From Candidatus Poribacteria bacterium (GTDB taxonomy: Bacteria > Poribacteria > WGA-4E > JAJDTR01), in the NCBI GenBank assembly GCA_965222225.1, contig CBDCTK010000002.1:896001-960000 (forward strand): 64,000 nucleotides of DNA, given 5' to 3'. A program made the position numbers and the translations under genes. Positions 62,430-64,000 of this stretch are shown piece after piece. How positions within the stretch are numbered: position 1 is the stretch's first letter; every line of letters begins with the position of its first letter. Under the pieces are notes generated by a model. The model was not told the DNA's origin. It was given only the letters and a program-made list of their open reading frames with translations, and made no database searches.

Positions 62430-64000
62430 GGAAGCACATTAAACAATTAACAGGATTTATTCAATTTCCGGTTTACGTATCACACTGGGTCGCACGCTGC
62501 TTAGTCTTCCTCGTCGTCTGCCATCTAGGTAGCATGCTTAATTCGACCTACGGCCTAGTAGCAAATGCGGAGATGTATTTTACGGAAGTTGCCGCTGAAT
62601 CGGGGATTCACTTCCGCCATTGGGATGGTAGGAGTGGACGACGATATTTTGTGGAAACACTCGGCTCCGGTGCCGCATGGTTTGACTACGACCGTGACGG
62701 CGACATAGACCTCTACCTGGCTAACGGCGCCGATTTGCCGGGTAAGGAATCTAGAATCTCACCTACCAACGTCCTCTATCGAAACAATGGGTATGGCACC
62801 TTTTCCGATATAACCGTTGAAGCCAACGTTGGCGACGCAAGTTACAGTTTTGGTTGCTGCGTTGGCGACTTCGACAATGACGGATATCCCGATCTCTACG
62901 TTACCAACCTGGGCACAAATATTCTCTACCGCAACAATGGAAATAGCACTTTTTCCGATGTAACCGCGAAAGCCGGGGTCGCAGGAGATCGCTGGAGTGC
63001 GTCCGCGGCATTTGCAGATTATGACAAAGACGGGGATCTTGATCTCTACGTTGTGAATTACGTTGCGTTCCATTTTGAGAGCCATAATGACTGCCTGCGG
63101 TCCGACCTCCACATCTATTGCCCGCCGGGGGATTTCGAGGGCGTGCCCGATATACTGTACCAAAACAATGGTGATGGTACTTTTACCGATGTCACGCACG
63201 AAGCTGGAGTTTTTCAGCCAGAAGGCAAGGGATTAGGCGTTGTGTGGGGAGATTATAACAACGACACCTATCCCGACGTGTTTGTGGCAAACGATACTAC
63301 CCCCGATATGTTGTATCGCAATAACCGGGATGGTACGTTCACCGATGTAGCGTTGTTCGTCGGCGTCGCCCTTGGAGAGGAAGGTATGCCTTTGGGTGGA
63401 ATGGGAGCAAACTTCGGGGACTATGACAATGATGGATGGTTGGATCTCGTTGTTACAAACTTTGAGGATGATCCGAATAATCTATTTCGCAATGACAGGG
63501 ATGGTACCTTTGTGACCGCCACATATTCCGGCGGATTTGGCATGTTGAGCTTTCCCTATGTTGGATGGGGAGTGGATCTCGTGGATCTAGACAACGATGG
63601 ATACCAGGACATTCTTGTTGTGAATGGGCACATATACGACAATATTGAACTGATTAACAAAGACATCAACAAACGGAGCACCTACGCCCAGCGTAATAAT
63701 CTTTTCAGGAATTTGGCGAATGCCTCGTTTGTCGAGATTACCGAAAGATGCGGTCCTGGGCTGCGCCCAATCAAGGTTAGTCGTGGAGCCGCCTTCGGCG
63801 ATTACGACAATGATGGAGATCTTGATATTTTGATTACTAACTCCAACCAAACCCCGGACCTTCTCCGAAATCAAAGCGAAAACTCAAATCATTGGCTGGT
63901 TCTTGAAACAATCGGTGTCTCCAGCAATCGAGATGGAATTGGAACACGTGTGACGGTAAAAGCAGGTGGGATTTCACAGATTCGTGAAGTAAAAAGCGGC
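62426..64000 (+). CDS. CRTAC1-family / ASPIC-UnbV FG-GAP repeat protein (partial, runs off the right edge)
   Basis: GTG overlaps the TPR stop. FTEVAAESGIHFRH..., ETLGSGAAWFDYDRDGDIDLY, repeated LY.N.G..TF.D and GDYDNDG.LDL, SRGAAFGDYDNDGDLD, NHWL and SNRDGIG. Confidence 0.92.
   Translation, partial: MRKHIKQLTGFIQFPVYVSHWVARCLVFLVVCHLGSMLNSTYGLVANAEMYFTEVAAESGIHFRHWDGRSGRRYFVETLGSGAAWFDYDRDGDIDLYLANGADLPGKESRISPTNVLYRNNGYGTFSDITVEANVGDASYSFGCCVGDFDNDGYPDLYVTNLGTNILYRNNGNSTFSDVTAKAGVAGDRWSASAAFADYDKDGDLDLYVVNYVAFHFESHNDCLRSDLHIYCPPGDFEGVPDILYQNNGDGTFTDVTHEAGVFQPEGKGLGVVWGDYNNDTYPDVFVANDTTPDMLYRNNRDGTFTDVALFVGVALGEEGMPLGGMGANFGDYDNDGWLDLVVTNFEDDPNNLFRNDRDGTFVTATYSGGFGMLSFPYVGWGVDLVDLDNDGYQDILVVNGHIYDNIELINKDINKRSTYAQRNNLFRNLANASFVEITERCGPGLRPIKVSRGAAFGDYDNDGDLDILITNSNQTPDLLRNQSENSNHWLVLETIGVSSNRDGIGTRVTVKAGGISQIREVKSG

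Noticed and set aside
255-63874. Numerous short antisense or overlapping ORFs in the six-frame track (e.g. 17637-18248, 54704-55339, 62759-63199)
   Set aside because: They are shadows of well-supported genes on the opposite strand or frame and carry no independent motifs.

Overview
Bacterial DNA. The gene content strongly resembles Candidatus Poribacteria (inference): about 9 PhyH-type Fe(II)/2-oxoglutarate dioxygenases, many Gfo/Idh/MocA and SDR oxidoreductases, DUF6785-type membrane proteins, LamG jelly-roll proteins ending in a 'V-x-P-x-x-K-x-x-x-[TSL]-W-G-x-[IV]-K' tail, an FG-GAP protein with a 'QNFPNPFNPETW' C-terminal domain, and TPR plus CRTAC1-like genes. The left end (1-2893, minus strand) is a fused restriction-modification gene (PD-(D/E)xK nuclease plus N6-adenine methyltransferase) followed by a specificity (S) subunit frame that has no convincing start codon. 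The junction carries a T_TTT_TTC slippery heptamer, a 6-nt spacer and a perfect 10-bp stem. This is the textbook layout of a programmed -1 ribosomal frameshift, which would yield both RM and RM-S proteins, and it is the most striking signal in the window. The middle (about 7.5-54.5 kb) is a mosaic of mostly minus-strand catabolic genes mixed with pseudogenes and mobile-element debris: IS630, three IS1 copies, IS1595, ISAs1, IS982-like, Tn3, an IS5-type MITE and two group II intron remnants. The right end holds a perfect sigma70 promoter, a structured ~240-nt leader and a five-member tandem LamG array (one copy decayed), followed by TPR and CRTAC1/ASPIC-UnbV genes. No rRNA, tRNA or CRISPR array was found. 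Several frameshifts may be sequencing or assembly errors, and this cannot be resolved without reads.
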